64,000 bases of DNA from Eledone cirrhosa (GCA_964016885.1 OZ024740.1:72602001-72666000); one strand, 5' to 3'. Positions 35,801 to 54,600 are shown, counted from the stretch's first letter. Numbers and translations are program-made. The notes: generated by a model from the sequence alone, not told the origin.

Positions 35801-38800
35801 GAACACACTGAACTGATACAACAACAACAACAACAACAATATTGATAAGTTGGAACACACTGAACTGATACAACAACAACAACAACAACAATATTGAGAA
35901 GTTGGAACACACTGAACTGATACAACAACAACAACAACAACAACAATATTGAGAAGTTGGAACACACTGAACTGATACAACAACAACAACAACAATATTG
36001 AGTAGTTGGAACACACTGAACTGATACAACAACAACAACAACAATATTGAGAAGTTGGAACACACTGAACTGATACAACAACAACAACAACAATATTAAG
36101 AAGTTGGAACACACTGAACTGATACAACAACAACAATATTGAGAAGTTGGAACACACTGAACTGATACAACAACAACAACAACAACAATATTGAGAAGTT
36201 GGAACACACTGAACTGATACAACAACAACAACAACAACAATATTGAGAAGTTGGAACACACAGAACTGATACAACAACAACAACAACAACAATATTGAGA
36301 AGTTGTAACACACTGAACTGATACAACAACAACAACAACAACAACAATATTGAGAAGTTGGAACACACTGAACTGATACAACAACAACAACAACAACAAC
36401 AAAAGCAACAATATTGAGAAGTTGGAACACACTGAACTGATACAACAACAACAACAACAACAACAATATTGAGAAGTTGGAACACACTGAACTGATACGA
36501 CAACAACAACAACAATATTGAGAAGTTGGAACACACTGAACTGATACAACAACAACAACAACAATATTAAGAAGTTGGAACACACTGAACTGATACAACA
36601 ACAACAACAACAATATTGAGAAGTTGGAACACACTGAACTGATACAACAACAACAACAACAACAATATTGAGAAGTTGGAACACACTGAACTGATACAAC
36701 AACAACAACAACAATATTTAGAAGTTGGAACACACTGAACTGATACAACAACAACAACAACAATATTGAGAAGTTGGAACACACTGAACTGATACAACAA
36801 CAACAACAACAACAACAACAATATTGAGAAGTTGGAACACACTGAACTGATACAACAACAACAACAACATTGAGAAGTTGAAACACGCTGAACTGATACA
36901 ACAACAACAACAACAACAATATTGAGAAGTTAGAACACACTGAACTGATACAACAACAACAACAACAACAATATTGATAAGTTGGAACACACTGAACTGA
37001 TACAACAACAACAACAACAACAATATTGAGAAGTTGGAACACACTGAACTGATACAACAACAACAACAACAATATTGCGAAGTTGGAACACACTGAACTG
37101 ATACAACAACAACAACAACAACAATATTGAGAAGTTGGAACACACTGAACTGATACAACAACAACAACAACAACAACAATATTGAGAAGTTGGAACACAC
37201 AGAACTGATACAACAACAACAACAACAATATTGAGTAGTTGGAACACACTGAACTGATACAACAACAACAACAACAACAATATTGAGAAGTTGGAACACA
37301 CTGAACTGATACAACAACAACAAAAACAACAACAATATTGAGAAGTTGGAACACACTGAACTGAAACAACAACAACAACAACAATATTGAGTAGTTGGAA
37401 CACACTGAACTGATACAACAACAACAACAACAACAATATTGAGAAGTTGGAACACACTGAACTGATACAACAACAACAACAACAACAATATTGAGAAGTT
37501 GGAACACACTGAACTGATACAACAACAACAACAACAACAACAATATTGAGAAGTTGGAACACACTGAACTGATACAACAACAACAACAACAACAACAACA
37601 ATATTGAGAAGTTGGAACACACTGAACTGATACAACAACAACAACAACAATATTGAGAAGTTGGAACACACTGAACTGATACAACAGCAACAACAACAAT
37701 ATTGAGAAGTTGGAACACACTGAACTGATACAACAACAACAACAACCACAATATTGAGAAGTTGGAACACACTGAACTGATACAACAACAACAACAACCA
37801 CAATATTGAGAAGTTGGAACACACTGAACTGATACAACAACAACAACAACAACAATATTGAGAAGTTGGAACACACTGAACTGATACAACAACAACAACA
37901 ACAATATTGAGAAGTTGGAACACACTGAACTGATACAACAGCAACAACAACAATATTGAGAAGTTGGAACACACTGAACTGATACAACAACAACAACAAC
38001 CACAATATTGAGAAGTTGGAACACACTGAACTGATACAACAACAACAACAACAACAATATTGAGAAGTTGGAACACACTGAACTGATACAACAACAACAA
38101 CAACAATATTGAGAAGTTGGAACACACTGAACTGATACAACAACAACAACAACAACAATATTGAGAAGTTGGAACACACTGAACTGATACAACAACAACA
38201 ACAACAATATTGAGAAGTTGGAACACACTGAACTGATACAACAACAACAACAACAATATTGAGTAGTTGGAACACACTGAACTGATACAACAACAACAAC
38301 AACAATATTGAGAAGTTGGAACACACTGAACTGATACAACAACAACAACAACAACAATATTGAGTAGTTGGAACACACTGAACTGATACAACAACAACAA
38401 CAACAATATTGAGAAGTTAGAACACACTGAACTGATACAACAACAACAACAACAACAATATTGAGAAGTTGGAACACACTGAACTGATACAACAACAACA
38501 ACAACAACAATATTGAGAAGTTGGAACACACTGAACTGATACAACAACAACAACAACAATATTGAGAAGTTGGAACACACTGAACTGATACAACAACAAC
38601 AACAACAACAACAACAATATTGAGAAGTTGGAACACACTGAACTGATACAACAACAACAACAACAACAATATTGAGAAGTTGGAACACACTGAACTGATA
38701 CAACAACAACAACAACAATATTGAGAAGTTGGAACACACTGAACTGATACAACAACAACAACAACAACAATATTGAGAAGTTGGAACACACTGAACTGAT

Positions 38801-41800
38801 ACAACAACAACAACAATATTGAGAAGTTGGAACACACTGAACTGATACAACAACAACAACAACAATATTGAGAAGTTGGAACACACTGAACTGATACAAA
38901 AACAACAACAACAACAATATTGAGAAGTTGGAACACACTGAACTGATACAACAACAACAACAACAACAATATTGAGAAGTTGGAACACACTGAACTGATA
39001 CAACAACAACAACAACAATATTGAGAAGTTGGAACACACTGAACTGATACAACAACAACAACAACAACAACAATATTGAGAAGTTGGAACACACTGAACT
39101 GATACAACAACAACAACAACAACAATATTGAGTAGTTGGAACACACTGAACTGATACAACAACAACAACAACAATATTGAGAAGTTGGAACACACTGAAC
39201 TGAAACAACAACAACAACAACAACAATATTGAGTAGTTGGAACACACTGAACTGATACAACAATAACAACAACAACAATATTGAGAAGTTGGAACACACT
39301 GAACTGATACAACAATAACAACAACAACAATATTGAGAAGTTGGAACACACTGAACTGATACAACAACAACAACAACAATATTGAGAAGTTGGAACACAC
39401 TGAACTGATACAACAGCAACAACAACAATATTGAGAAGTTGGAACACACTGAACTGATACAACAACAACAACAACAATATTGAGAAGTTGGAACACACTG
39501 AACTGATACAACAACAACAACAACAATATTGAGAAGTTGGAACACACTGAACTGATACAACAACAACAACAACAACAATATTGAGAAGTTGGAACACACG
39601 GAACTGATACAACAACAACAACAACAATATTGAGAAGTTAGAACACACTGAACTGATACAACAACAACAACAACAACAATATTGAGAAGTTGGAACACAC
39701 TGAACTGATACAACAACAACAACAACAACAATATTGAGAAGTTGGAACACACTGAACTGATACAACAACAACAACAACAACAACAATATTGAGAAGTTAG
39801 AACACACTGAACTGATACAACAACAACAACAACAACAATATTGAGAAGTTGGAACACACTGAACTGATACAACAACAACAACAACAACAACAATATTGAG
39901 AAGTTGGAACACACTGAACTGATACAACAACAACAACAACAACAAAAATATTGAGAAGTAGGAACACACTGAACTGATACAACAACAGCAACAACAATAT
40001 TGAGAAGTTATAACACACTGAACTGATACAACAACAACAACAACAACAACAATATTGAGAAGTTGGAACATACTGAACTGATACAACAACAACAACAACA
40101 ACAATATTGAGTAGTTGGAACACACTGAACTGATACAACAACAACAACAACAATATTGAGAAGTTGGAACACACTGAACTGATACAACAACAACAACAAC
40201 AACAACAATATTGAGTAGTTGGAACACACTGAACTGATACAACAACAACAACAACAACAATATTGAGAAGTTGGAACACACTGAACTGATACAACAACAA
40301 CAACAACAACAATATTGAGAAGTTGAAACACACTGAGCTGATACAACAACAACAACAACACTATTGAGAAGTTGGAACACACTGAACTGATACAACAACA
40401 ACAACAATATTGAGATGTTAGAACACACTGAACTGATACAACAACAACAACAACAACAATATTGAGGAGTTGGAACACACTGAACTGATACAACAACAAC
40501 AACAACAATATTGAGAAGTTAGAACACACTGAACTGATACAACAACAACAACAACAACAACAATATTGAGAAGTTGGAACACACTGAACTGATACAACAA
40601 CAACAACAACAACAATATTGAGAAGTTGGAACACACTGAACTGATACAACAACAACAACAACAATATTGAGAAGTTGGAACACACTGAACTGATACAAAA
40701 ACAACAACAACAACAATATTTAGAAGTTGGAACACACTGAACTGATACAACAACAACAACAACAACAATATTGAGAAGTTGGAACACACTGAACTGATAC
40801 AACAACAACAACAACAATATTGAGAAGTTGGAACACACTGAACTGATACAACAACAACAACAACAACAATATTGAGAAGTTGGAACACACTGAACTGATA
40901 CAACAACAACAACAATATTGAGAAGTTGGAACACACTGAACTGATACAACAACAACAACAACAACAATATTGAGAAGTTGGAACACACTGAACTGATACA
41001 ACAACAACAACAACAATATTGAGAAGTTGGAACACACTGAACTGATACAACAACAACAACAACAACAATATTGAGAAGTTGGAACACACTGAACTGATAC
41101 AACAACAACAACAACAACAACAATATTGAGAAGTTGGAACACACAGAACTCAAACAACAACAACAACAACAATATTGAGTAGTTGGAACACACTGAACTG
41201 ATACAACAACAACAACCACAACAATATTGAGAAGTTGGAACACACTGAACTGATACAACAACAACAACAACAATATTGAGAAGTTGGAACACACTGAACT
41301 GATACAACAACAACAACAACAACAACAATATTGAGTAGTTGGAACACACTGAACTGATACAACAACAACAACAACAATATTGAGAAGTTGGAACACACTG
41401 AACTGATACAACAACAACAACAACAACAATATTGAGTAGTTGGAACACACTGAACTGATACAACAACAACAACAACAATATTGAGAAGTTAGAACACACT
41501 GAACTGATACAACAACAACAACAACAACAATATTGAGAAGTTGGAACACACTGAACTGATACAACAACAACAACAACAACAATATTGAGAAGTTGGAACA
41601 CACTGAACTGATACAACAACAACAACAACAATATTGAGAAGTTGGAACACACTGAACTGATACAACAACAACAACAACAACAACAACAATATTGAGAAGT
41701 TGGAACACACTGAACTGATACAACAACAACAACAACAACAATATTGAGAAGTTGGAACACACTGAACTGATACAACAACAACAACAACAATATTGAGAAG

Positions 41801-44800
41801 TTGGAACACACTGAACTGATACAACAACAACAACAACAACAACAATATTGAGAAGTTGGAACACACTGAACTGATACAACAACAACAACAATATTGAGAA
41901 GTTGTAACACACTGAACTGATACAACAACAACAACAACAATATTGAGAAGTTGGAACACACTGAACTGATACAAAAACAACAACAACAACAATATTGAGA
42001 AGTTGGAACACACTGAACTGATACAACAACAACAACAACAACAATATTGAGAAGTTGGAACACACTGAACTGATACAACAACCACAACAACAATATTGAG
42101 AAGTTGGAACACACTGAACTGATACAACAACAACAACAACAACAACAATATTGAGAAGTTGGAACACACTGAACTGATACAACAAAACAACAACAACAAT
42201 ATTGAGAAGTTGGAACACACTGAACTGATACAACAACAACAACAACAACAATATTGAGAAGTTGGAACACACTGAACTGATACAACAACAACAACAACAA
42301 TATTGAGAAGTTGGAACACACTGAACTGATACAACAACAACAACAACAACCACAATATTGAGAAGTTGGAACACACTGAACTGATACAACAATAACAACA
42401 ACAACAATATTGAGAAGTTGGAACACACTGAACTGATACAACAACAACAACAACAATATTGAGAAGTTGGAACACACTGAACTGATACAACAACAACAAC
42501 AACAATATTGAGAAGTTGGAACACACTGAACTGATACAACAACAACAACAACAATATTGAGAAGTTGGAAAACACTGAACTGATACAACAACAACAACAA
42601 CAATATTGAGAAGTTGGAACACACTGAACTGATACAACAACAACAACAACAACAACAATATTGAGAAGTTGGAACACACTGAACTGATACAACAACAACA
42701 ACAACAACAATATTGAGAAGTTAGAACACACTGAACTGATACAACAACAACAACAACAATATTGAGAAGTTGGAACACACTGAACTGATACAACAACAAC
42801 AACAACAACAACAATATTGAGAAGTTGGAACACACTGAACTGATACAACAATAACAACAACAACAATATTGAGAAGTTGGAACACACTGAACTGATACAA
42901 CAACAACAACAACAATATTGAGAAGTTGGAACACACTGAACTGATACAACAACAACAACAACAATATTGAGAAGTTGGAACACACTGAACTGATACAACA
43001 ACAACAACAACAATATTGAGAAGTTAGAACACACTGAACTGATACAACAACAACAACAACAATATTGAGAAGTTGGAACACACTGAACTGATACAACAAC
43101 AACAACAACAACAATATTGAGAAGTTGGAACACACTGAACTGATACAACAACAACAACAACAACAACAATATTGAGAAGTTGGAACACACTGAACTGATA
43201 CAACAACAACAACAACAATATTGAGAAGTTGGAACACACTGAACTGATACAACAACAACAACAACAATATTGAGAAGTTGGAACACACTGAACTGATACA
43301 ACAACAACAACAACAATATTGAGAAGTTAGAACACACTGAACTGATACCACAACAACAACAACAATATTGAGAAGTTGGAACACACTGAACTGATACAAC
43401 AACAACAACAACAACAATATTGAGAAGTTGGAACACACTGAACTGATACAACAACAACAACAACAACAACAACAATATTGAGAAGTTGGAACACACTGAA
43501 CTGATACAACAACAACAACAACAACAATATTGAGAAGTTGGAACACACTGAACTGATACAACAACAACAACAACAACAAAAATATTGAGAAGTAGGAACA
43601 CACTGAACTGATACAACAACAGCAACAACAATATTGAGAAGTTATAACACACTGAACTGATACAACAACAACAACAACAACAACAATATTGAGAAGTTGG
43701 AACACACTGAACTGATACAACAACAACAACAACAACAACAATATTGAGTAGTTGGAACACACTGAACTGATACAACAACAACAACAACAACAATATTGAG
43801 AAGTTGGAACACACTGAACTGATACAACAACAACAACAACAACAATATTGAGAAGTTGGAACACACTGAACTGATACAACAACAACAACAACAATATTGA
43901 GAAGTTGGAACACACTGAACTGATACAACAACAACAACAATATTGAGAAGTTAGAACACACTGAACTGATACAACAACAACAACAACAACAATATTGAGA
44001 AGTTGGAACACACTGAACTGATACAACAACAACAACAACAACAATATTGAGAAGTTGGAACACACTGAACTGATACAACAACAACAACAACAATATTGAG
44101 AAGTTGGAACACACTGAACTGATACAACAACAACAACAATATTGAGAAGTTAGAACACACTGAACTGATACAACAACAACAACAACAACAATATTGAGAA
44201 GTTGGAACACACTGAACTGATACAACAACAACAACAACAATATTGAGAAGTTAGAACACACTGAACTGATACAACAACAACAACAACAACAACAATATTG
44301 AGAAGTTGGAACACACTGAACTGATACAACAACAACAACAACAACAATATTGAGAAGTTGGAACACACTGAACTGATACAACAACAACAACAACAACAAT
44401 ATTGAGTAGTTGGAACACACTGAACTGATACAACAACAACAACAACAATATTGAGAAGTTGGAACACACTGAACTGATACAACAACAACAACAACAACAA
44501 TATTGAGAAGTTGGAACACACTGAACTGATACAACAACAACAACAACAATATTGAGAAGTTGGAACACACTGAACTGATACAAAAACAACAACAACAACA
44601 ATATTGAGAAGTTGGAACACACTGAACTGATACAACAACAACAACAACAACAACAATATTGAGAAGTTGGAACACACTGAACTGATACAACAACAACAAC
44701 AACAATATTGAGAAGTTGGAACACACTGAACTGATACAACAACAACAACAACAATATTGAGAAGTTGGAACACACTGAACTGATACAACAACAACAACAA

Positions 44801-47386
44801 CAACAATATTGAGAAGTTGGAACACACTGAACTGATACAACAACAACAACAACAATATTGAGAAGTTGGAACACACTGAACTGATACAAAAACAACAACA
44901 ACAACAATATTGAGAAGTTGGAACACACTGAACTGATACAACAACAACAACAACAACAACAATATTGAGAAGTTGGAACACACTGAACTGATACAACAAC
45001 AACAACAACAATATTGAGAAGTTGGAACACACTGAACTGATACAACAACAACAACAACAACAATATTGAGAAGTTGGAACACACTGAACTGATACAACAA
45101 CAACAACAACAATATTGAGAAGTTGGAACACACTGAACTGATACAAAAACAACAACAACAACAATATTGAGAAGTTGGAACACACTGAACTGATACAACA
45201 ACAACAACAACAACAACAATATTGAGAAGTTGGAACACACTGAACTGATACAACAACAACAACAATATTGAGAAGTTGGAACACACTGAACTGATACAAC
45301 AACAACAACAACAATATTGAGAAGTTGGAACACACTGAACTGATACAACAACAACAACAACAACAATATTGAGAAGTTGGAACACACTGAACTGAAACAA
45401 CAACAACAACAATATTGAGTAGTTGGAACACACTGAACTGATACAACAACAACAACAACAACAACCACAATATTGAGAAGTTGGAACACACTGAACTGAT
45501 ACAACAATAACAACAACAACAATATTGAGAAGTTGGAACACACTGAACTGATACAACAACAACAACAACAATATTGAGAAGTTGGAACACACTGAACTGA
45601 TACAACAACAACAACAACAATATTGAGAAGTTGGAACACACTGAACTGATACAACAACAACAACAACAATATTGAGAAGTTGGAACACACTGAACTCATA
45701 CAACAACAACAACAACAATATTGAGAAGTTGGAACACACTGAACTGATACAACAACAACAACAACAATATTGAGAAGTTGGAACACACTGAACTGATACA
45801 ACAACAACAACAACAATATTGAGAAGTTAGAACACACTGAACTGATACAACAACAACAACAACAACAATATTGAGAAGTTGGAACACACTGAACTGATAC
45901 AACAACAACAACAACAACAACAATATTGAGAAGTTGGAACACACTGAACTGATACAACAATAACAACAACAACAATATTGAGAAGTTGGAACACACTGAA
46001 CTGATACAACAACAACAACAACAATATTGAGAAGTTGGAACACACTGAACTGATACAACAACAACAACAACAATATTGAGAAGTTGGAACACACTGAACT
46101 GATACAACAACAACAACAACAATATTGAGAAGTTGGAACACACTGAACTGATACAACAACAACAACAATATTGAGAAGTTGTAACACACTGAACTGATAC
46201 AACAACAACAACAACAACAATATTGAGAAGTTGGAACACACTGAACTGATACAACAACAACAACAACAATATTGGGAAGTTGGAACACACTGAACTGATA
46301 CAACAATAACAACAACAACAATATTGAGAAGTTGGAACACACTGAACTGATACAACAACAACAACAACAATATTGAGAAGTTGGAACACACTGAACTGAT
46401 ACAACAACAACAACAACAACAATATTGAGAAGTTGGAACACACTGAACTGATACAACAACAACAACAACAACAAAAATATTGAGAAGTAGGAACACACTG
46501 AACTGATACAACAACAGCAACAACAATATTGAGAAGTTGGAACACACTGAACTGATACAACAACAACAACAACAACAATATTGAGAAGTTGGAACACATT
46601 GAACTGATACAACAACAACAACAACAACAACAACAATATTGAGAAGTTGGAACACACTGAACTGATACAACAACAACAACAACAACAATATTGAGAAGTT
46701 GGAACACACTGAACTGATACAACAACAACAACAACAATATTGAGAAGTTGGCATGCAACTGAACTGATACAACAACAACAACAACAACAATATTGAGAAG
46801 TTGGAACACACTGAACTGATACAACAACAACAACAACAACAATATTGAGAAGTTGGAACACACTGAACTGATACAACAACAACAACAATATTGAGAAGTT
46901 GGAACACACTGAACTGATACAAAAACAACAACAACAACAATATTGAGAAGTTGGAACACACTGAACTGATACAACAACAACAACAACAACAACAACAATA
47001 TTGAGAAGTTGGAACACACTGAACTGATACAACAACAACAACAACAACAACAATATTGAGAAGTTGGAACACACTGAACTGATACAACAACAACAACAAC
47101 AATATTGAGAAGTTGGAACACACTGAACTGATACAACAACAACAACAATATTGAGAATTTGGAACACACTGAACTGATACAACAACAACAACAACAACAA
47201 TATTGAGAAGTTGGAACACACTGAACTGATACAACAACAACAACAACAACAACAATATTGAGAAGTTGGAACACACAGAACTGATACAACAACAACAACA
47301 ACAATATTGAGTATTTGGAACACACTGAACTGATACAACAACAACAACCACAACAATATTGAGAAGTTGGAACACACTGAACTGAT

Positions 47387-47421
<35 letters not shown>

Positions 47422-50400
47422 ATTGAGAAGTTGGAACACACTGAACTGATACAACAACAACAACAACAACAATATTGAGAAGTTGGAACACACTGAACTG
47501 ATACAACAACAACAACAACAACAATATCGAGTAGTTGGAACACACTGCATTGATACAACAACAACAACAACAATATTGAGAAGTTGGAACACACTGAACT
47601 GATACAACAACAAAACAATATTGAGAATTTGGAACACACTGAACTGATACAACAACAACAACAACAACAATATTGAGAAGTTGGAACACACTGAACTGAT
47701 ACAACAACAACAACAACAACAATATTGAGAAGTTGGAACACACTGAACTGATACAACAACAAAACAATATTGAGAAGTTGGAACACACTGAACTGATACA
47801 ACAACAACAACAACAATATTGAGAAGTTGGAACACACTGAACTGATACAACAACAACAACAACAATATTGAGAAGTTGGAACACACTGAACTGATACAAC
47901 AACAACAACAACAATATTGAGAAGTTGGAACACACTGAACTGATATAACAACAGCAACAACAATATTGAGAAGTTAGAACACACTGAACTGATACAACAA
48001 CAACAACAACAACAACAATATTGTGAAGTTGGAACACACTGAACTGATACAACAACAACAACAACAACAATATTGAGAAGTTGGAACACACTGAACTGAT
48101 ACAACAACAACAACAACAATATTGAGAAGTTAGAACACACTGAACTGATACAACAACAACAACAACAACAATATTGAGAAGTTGGAACACACTGAACTGA
48201 TACAACAACAACAACAACAACAATATTGAGAAGTTGGAACACACTGAACTGATACAACAACAACAACAACAATATTGAGAAGTTGGAACACACTGAACTG
48301 ATACAAAAACAACAACAACAACAATATTGAGAAGTTGGAACACACTGAACTGATACAACAACAACAACAACAACAATATTGAGAAGTTGGAACACACTGA
48401 ACTGATACAACAACAACAACAACAATATTGAGAAGTTGGAACACACTGAACTGATACAACAACAACAACAATATTGAGAATTTGGAACACACTGAACTGA
48501 TACAACAACAACAACAACAACAATATTGAGAAGTTGGAACACACTGAACTGATACAACAACAACAACAACAATATTGAGAAGTTGGAACACACTGAACTG
48601 AAACAACAACAACAACAACAACAATATTGAGTAGTTGGAACACACTGAACTGATACAACAACAACAACAACAACCACAATATTGAGAAGTTGGAACACAC
48701 TGAACTGATACAACAATAACAACAACAACAATATTGAGAAGTTGGAACACACTGAACTGATACAACAACAACAACAACAATATTGAGAAGTTGGAACACA
48801 CTGAACTGATACAACAACAACAACAACAATATTGAGAAGTTGGAACACACTGAACTGATACAACAACAACAACAACAATATTGAGAAGTTGGAACACACT
48901 GAACTGATACAACAACAACAACAACAATATTGAGAAGTTGGAACACACTGAACTGATACAACAACAACAACAACAATATTGAGAAGTTGGAACACACTGA
49001 ACTGATACAACAACAACAACAACAATATTGAGAAGTTAGAACACACTGAACTGATACAACAACAACAACAACAACAATATTGAGAAGTTGGAACACACTG
49101 AACTGATACAACAACAACAACAACAATATTGAGAAGTTAGAACACACTGAACTGATACAACAACAACAACAACAACAATATTGGGAAGTTGGAACACACT
49201 GAACTGATACAACAACAACAACAACAACAATATTGAGAAGTTGGAACACACTGAACTGATACAACAACAACAACAACAACAACAACAATATTGAGAAGTT
49301 GGAACACACTGAACTGATACAACAACAACAACAACAATATTGAGAAGTTGGAACACACTGAACTGATACAACAACAACAACAATATTGAGAAGTTGGAAC
49401 ACACTGAACTGATACAACAACAACAACAACAATATTGAGAAGTTAGAACACACTGAACTGATACAACAACAACAACAACAATATTGAGAAGTTGGAACAC
49501 ACTGAACTGATACAACAACAACAACAACAACAATATTGAGAAGTTGGAACACACTGAACTGATACAACAACAACAACAACAATATTGAGAAGTTGGAACA
49601 CACTGAACTGATACAACAACAACAACAACAATATTGAGAAGTTAGAACACACTGAACTGATACCACAACAACAACAACAACAATATTGAGAAGTTGGAAC
49701 ACACTGAACTGATACAACAACAACAACAACAACAACAACAATATTGAGAAGTTGGAACACACTGAACTGATACAACAACAACAACAACAACAATATTGAG
49801 AAGTTGGAACACACTGAACTGATACAACAACAACAACAAAACAACAACAATATTGAGAAGTTGGAACACACTGAACTGATACAACAACAACAACAACAAC
49901 AATATTGAGAAGTTGGAACACACTGAACTGATACAACAACAACAACAACAACAAAAATATTGAGAAGTAGGAACACACTGAACTGATACAACAACAGCAA
50001 CAACAATATTGAGAAGTTATAACACACTGAACTGATACAACAACAACAACAACAACAACAATATTGAGAAGTTGGAACACACTGAACTGATACAACAACA
50101 ACAACAACAACAATATTGAGTAGTTGGAACACACTGAACTGATACAACAACAACAACAACAATATTGAGAAGTTGGAACACACTGAACTGATACAACAAC
50201 AACAACAACAACAATATTGAGTAGTTGGAACACACTGAACTGATACAACAACAACAACAACAACAATATTGAGAAGTTGGAACACACTGAACTGATACAA
50301 ATACAACAACAACAACAATATTGAGAAGTTGGAACACACTGAACTGATACAACAACAACAACAATATTGAGAAGTTGGAACACACTGAACTGATACAACA

Positions 50401-51635
50401 ACAACAATAATATTGAGAAGTTAGAACACACTGAACTGATACAACAACAACAACAACAACAATATTGAGAAGTTGGAACACACTGAACTGATACAACAAC
50501 AACAACAACAATATTGAGAAGTTAGAACACACTGAACTGATACAACAACAACAACAACAACAACAACAATATTGAGAAGTTGGAACACACTGAACTGATA
50601 CAACAACAACAACAACAACAATATTGAGTAGTTGGAACACACTGAACTGATACAACAACAACAACAACAATATTGAGAAGTTGGAACACACTGAACTGAT
50701 ACAACAACAACAACAACAACAATATTGAGTAGTTGGAACACACTGAACTGATACAACAACAACAACAACAATATTGAGAAGTTAGAACACACTGAACTGA
50801 TACAACAACAACAACAACAACAACAATATTGAGAAGTTGGAACACACTGAACTGATACAACAACAACAACAACAACAATATTGAGAAGTTGGAAGACACT
50901 GAACTGATACAACAACAACAACAACAACAACAACAATATTGAGAAGTTGGAACACACTGAACTGATACAACAACAACAACAACAACAATATTGAGAAGTT
51001 GGAACACACTGAACTGATACAACAACAACAACAACAATATTGAGAAGTTGGAACACACTGAACTGATACAACAACAACAACAACAACAATATTGAGAAGT
51101 TGGAACACACTGAACTGATACAACAACAACAACAACAACAATATTGAGAAGTTGGAACACACTGAACTGATACAACAACAACAACAACAATATTGAGAAG
51201 TTGGAACACACTGAACTGATACAAAAACAACAACAACAACAATATTGAGAAGTTGGAACACACTGAACTGATACAACAACAACAACAACAACAATATTGA
51301 GAAGTTGGAACACACTGAACTGATACAACAACAACAACAACAATATTGAGAAGTTGGAACACACTGAACTGATACAACAACAACAACAACAACAATATTG
51401 AGAAGTTGGAACACACTGAACTGATACAACAACAACAACAACAACAACAATATTGAGAAGTTGGAACACACAGAACTGATACAACAACAACAACAACAAT
51501 ATTGAGTAGTTGGAACACACTGAACTGATACAACAACAACAACCACAACAATATTGAGAAGTTGGAACACACTGAACTGATACAACAACAACAAAACAAC
51601 AACAATATTGAGAAGTTGGAACACACTGAACTGAT

Positions 51636-51670
<35 letters not shown>

Positions 51671-54600
51671 ATTGAGAAGTTGGAACACACTGAACTGATA
51701 CAACAACAACAACAACAACAATATTGAGAAGTTGGAACACACTGAACTGATACAACAACAACAACAACAACAATATCGAGTAGTTGGAACACACTGCATT
51801 GATACAACAACAACAACAACAATATTGAGAAGTTGGAACACACTGAACTGATACAACAACAAAACAATATTGAGAAGTTGGAACACACTGAACTGATACA
51901 ACAACAACAACAACAACAATATTGAGAAGTTGGAACACACTGAACTGATACAACAACAACAACAACAATATTGAGAAGTTGGAACACACTGAACTGATAC
52001 AACAACAACAACAACAATATTGAGAAGTTGGAACACACTGAACTGATACAACAACAACAACAACAATATTGAGAAGTTGGAACACACTGAACTGATACAA
52101 CAACAATAACAACAACAATATTGAGAAGTTGGAACACACTGAACTGATACAACAACAACAACAACAACAACAATATTGAGAAGTTGGAACACACTGAACT
52201 GATACAACAACAACAACAATATTGAGAAGTTAGAACACACTGAACTGATACAACAACAACAACAACAACAACAATATTGAGAAGTTGGAACACACTGAAC
52301 TGATACAACAACAACAACAACAACAATATTGAGAAGTTGGAACACACTGAACTGATACAACAACAACATCAACAACAATATTGAGAAGTTGGAACACACT
52401 GAACTGATACAACAACAACAACAACAATATTGAGAAGTTGGAACACACTGAACTGATACAACAACAACAACAACAACAATATTGAGAAGTTGGAACACAC
52501 TGAACTGATACAACAACAACAACAACAATATTGAGAAGTTGGAACACACTGAACTGATACAACAACAACAACAACAATATTGAGAAGTTAGAACACACTG
52601 AACTGATACCACAACAACAACAACAATATTGAGAAGTTGGAACACACTGAACTGATACAACAACAACAACAACAACAATATTGAGAAGTTGGAACACACT
52701 GAACTGATACAACAACAACAACAACAACAACAACAATATTGAGAAGTTGGAACACACTGAACTGATACAACAACAACAACAACAACAACATTGAGAAGTT
52801 GGAACACACTGAACTGATACAACAACAACAACAACAACAAAAATATTGAGAAGTAGGAACACACTGAACTGATACAACAACAGCAACAACAATATTGAGT
52901 AGTTGGAACACACTGAACTGATACAACAACAACAACAACAACAACAATATTGAGAAGTTGGAACACACTGAACTGATACAACAACAACAACAACAACAAT
53001 ATTGAGAAGTTGGCATGCAACTGAACTGATACAACAACAACAACAACAATATTGAGAAGTTGGAACACACTGAACTGATACAACAACAACAACAACAACA
53101 ACAATATTGAGTAGTTGGAACACACTGAACTGATACAACAACAACAACAACAACAATATTGAGAAGTTGGAACACACTGAACTGATACAACAACAACAAC
53201 AACAACAATATTGAGAAGTTGGAACACACTGAACTGATACAACAACAACAACAATATTGAGAAGTTGGAACACACTGAACTGATACAACAACAACAATAA
53301 TATTGAGAAGTTAGAACACACTGAACTGATACAACAACAACAACAACAACAATATTGAGAAGTTGGAACACACTGAACTGATACAACAACAACAACAACA
53401 ATATTGAGAAGTTGGAACACACTGAACTGATACAACAACAACAATAATATTGAGAAGTTGGAACACACTGAACTGATACAACATCAACAACAACAACAAC
53501 AATATTGAGAAGTTGGAACACACTGAACTGATACAACAACAACAACAACAACAATATTGAGTAGTTGGAACACACTGAACTGATACAACAACAACAACAA
53601 CAATATTGAGAAGTTGGAACACACTGAACTGATATAACAACAACAACAACAACAATATTGAGTAGTTGGAACACACTGAACTGATACAACAACAACAACA
53701 ACAATATTGAGAAGTTAGAACACACTGAACTGATACAACAACAACAACAACAACAACAATATTGAGAAGTTGGAACACACTGAACTGATACAACAACAAC
53801 AACAACAACAATATTGAGAAGTTGGAACACACTGAACTGATACAACAACAACAACAACAACAACAACAATATTGAGAAGTTGGAACACACTGAACTGATA
53901 CAACAACAACAACAACAATATTGAGAAGTTGGAACACACTGAACTGATACAACAACAACAACAATATTGAGAATTTGGAACACACTGAACTGATACAACA
54001 ACAACAACAACAACAATATTGAGAAGTTGGAACACACTGAACTGATACAACAACAACAACAACAATATTGAGAAGTTGGAACACACTGAACTGATACAAC
54101 AACAACAACAACAACAATATTGAGAAGTTGGAACACACTGAACTGATACAACAACAACAACAACAACAATATTGAGAAGTTGGAACACACTGAACTGATA
54201 CAACAACAACAACAACAATATTGAGAAGTTGGAACACACTGAACTGATACAAAAACAACAACAACAACAATATTGAGAAGTTGGAACACACTGAACTGAT
54301 ACAACAACAACAACAACAATATTGAGAAGTTGGAACACACTGAACTGATACAACAACAACAACAACAATATTGAGAAGTTGGAACACACTGAACTGATAC
54401 AACAACAACAACAACAACAACAATATTGAGAAGTTGGAACACACTGAACTGATACAACAACAACAACAACAACAATATTGAGAAGTTGGAACACACTGAA
54501 CTGATACAACAACAACAACAACAACAACAATATTGAGAAGTTGGAACACACAGAACTGATACAACAACAACAACAACAACAACAATATTGAGAATTTGGA

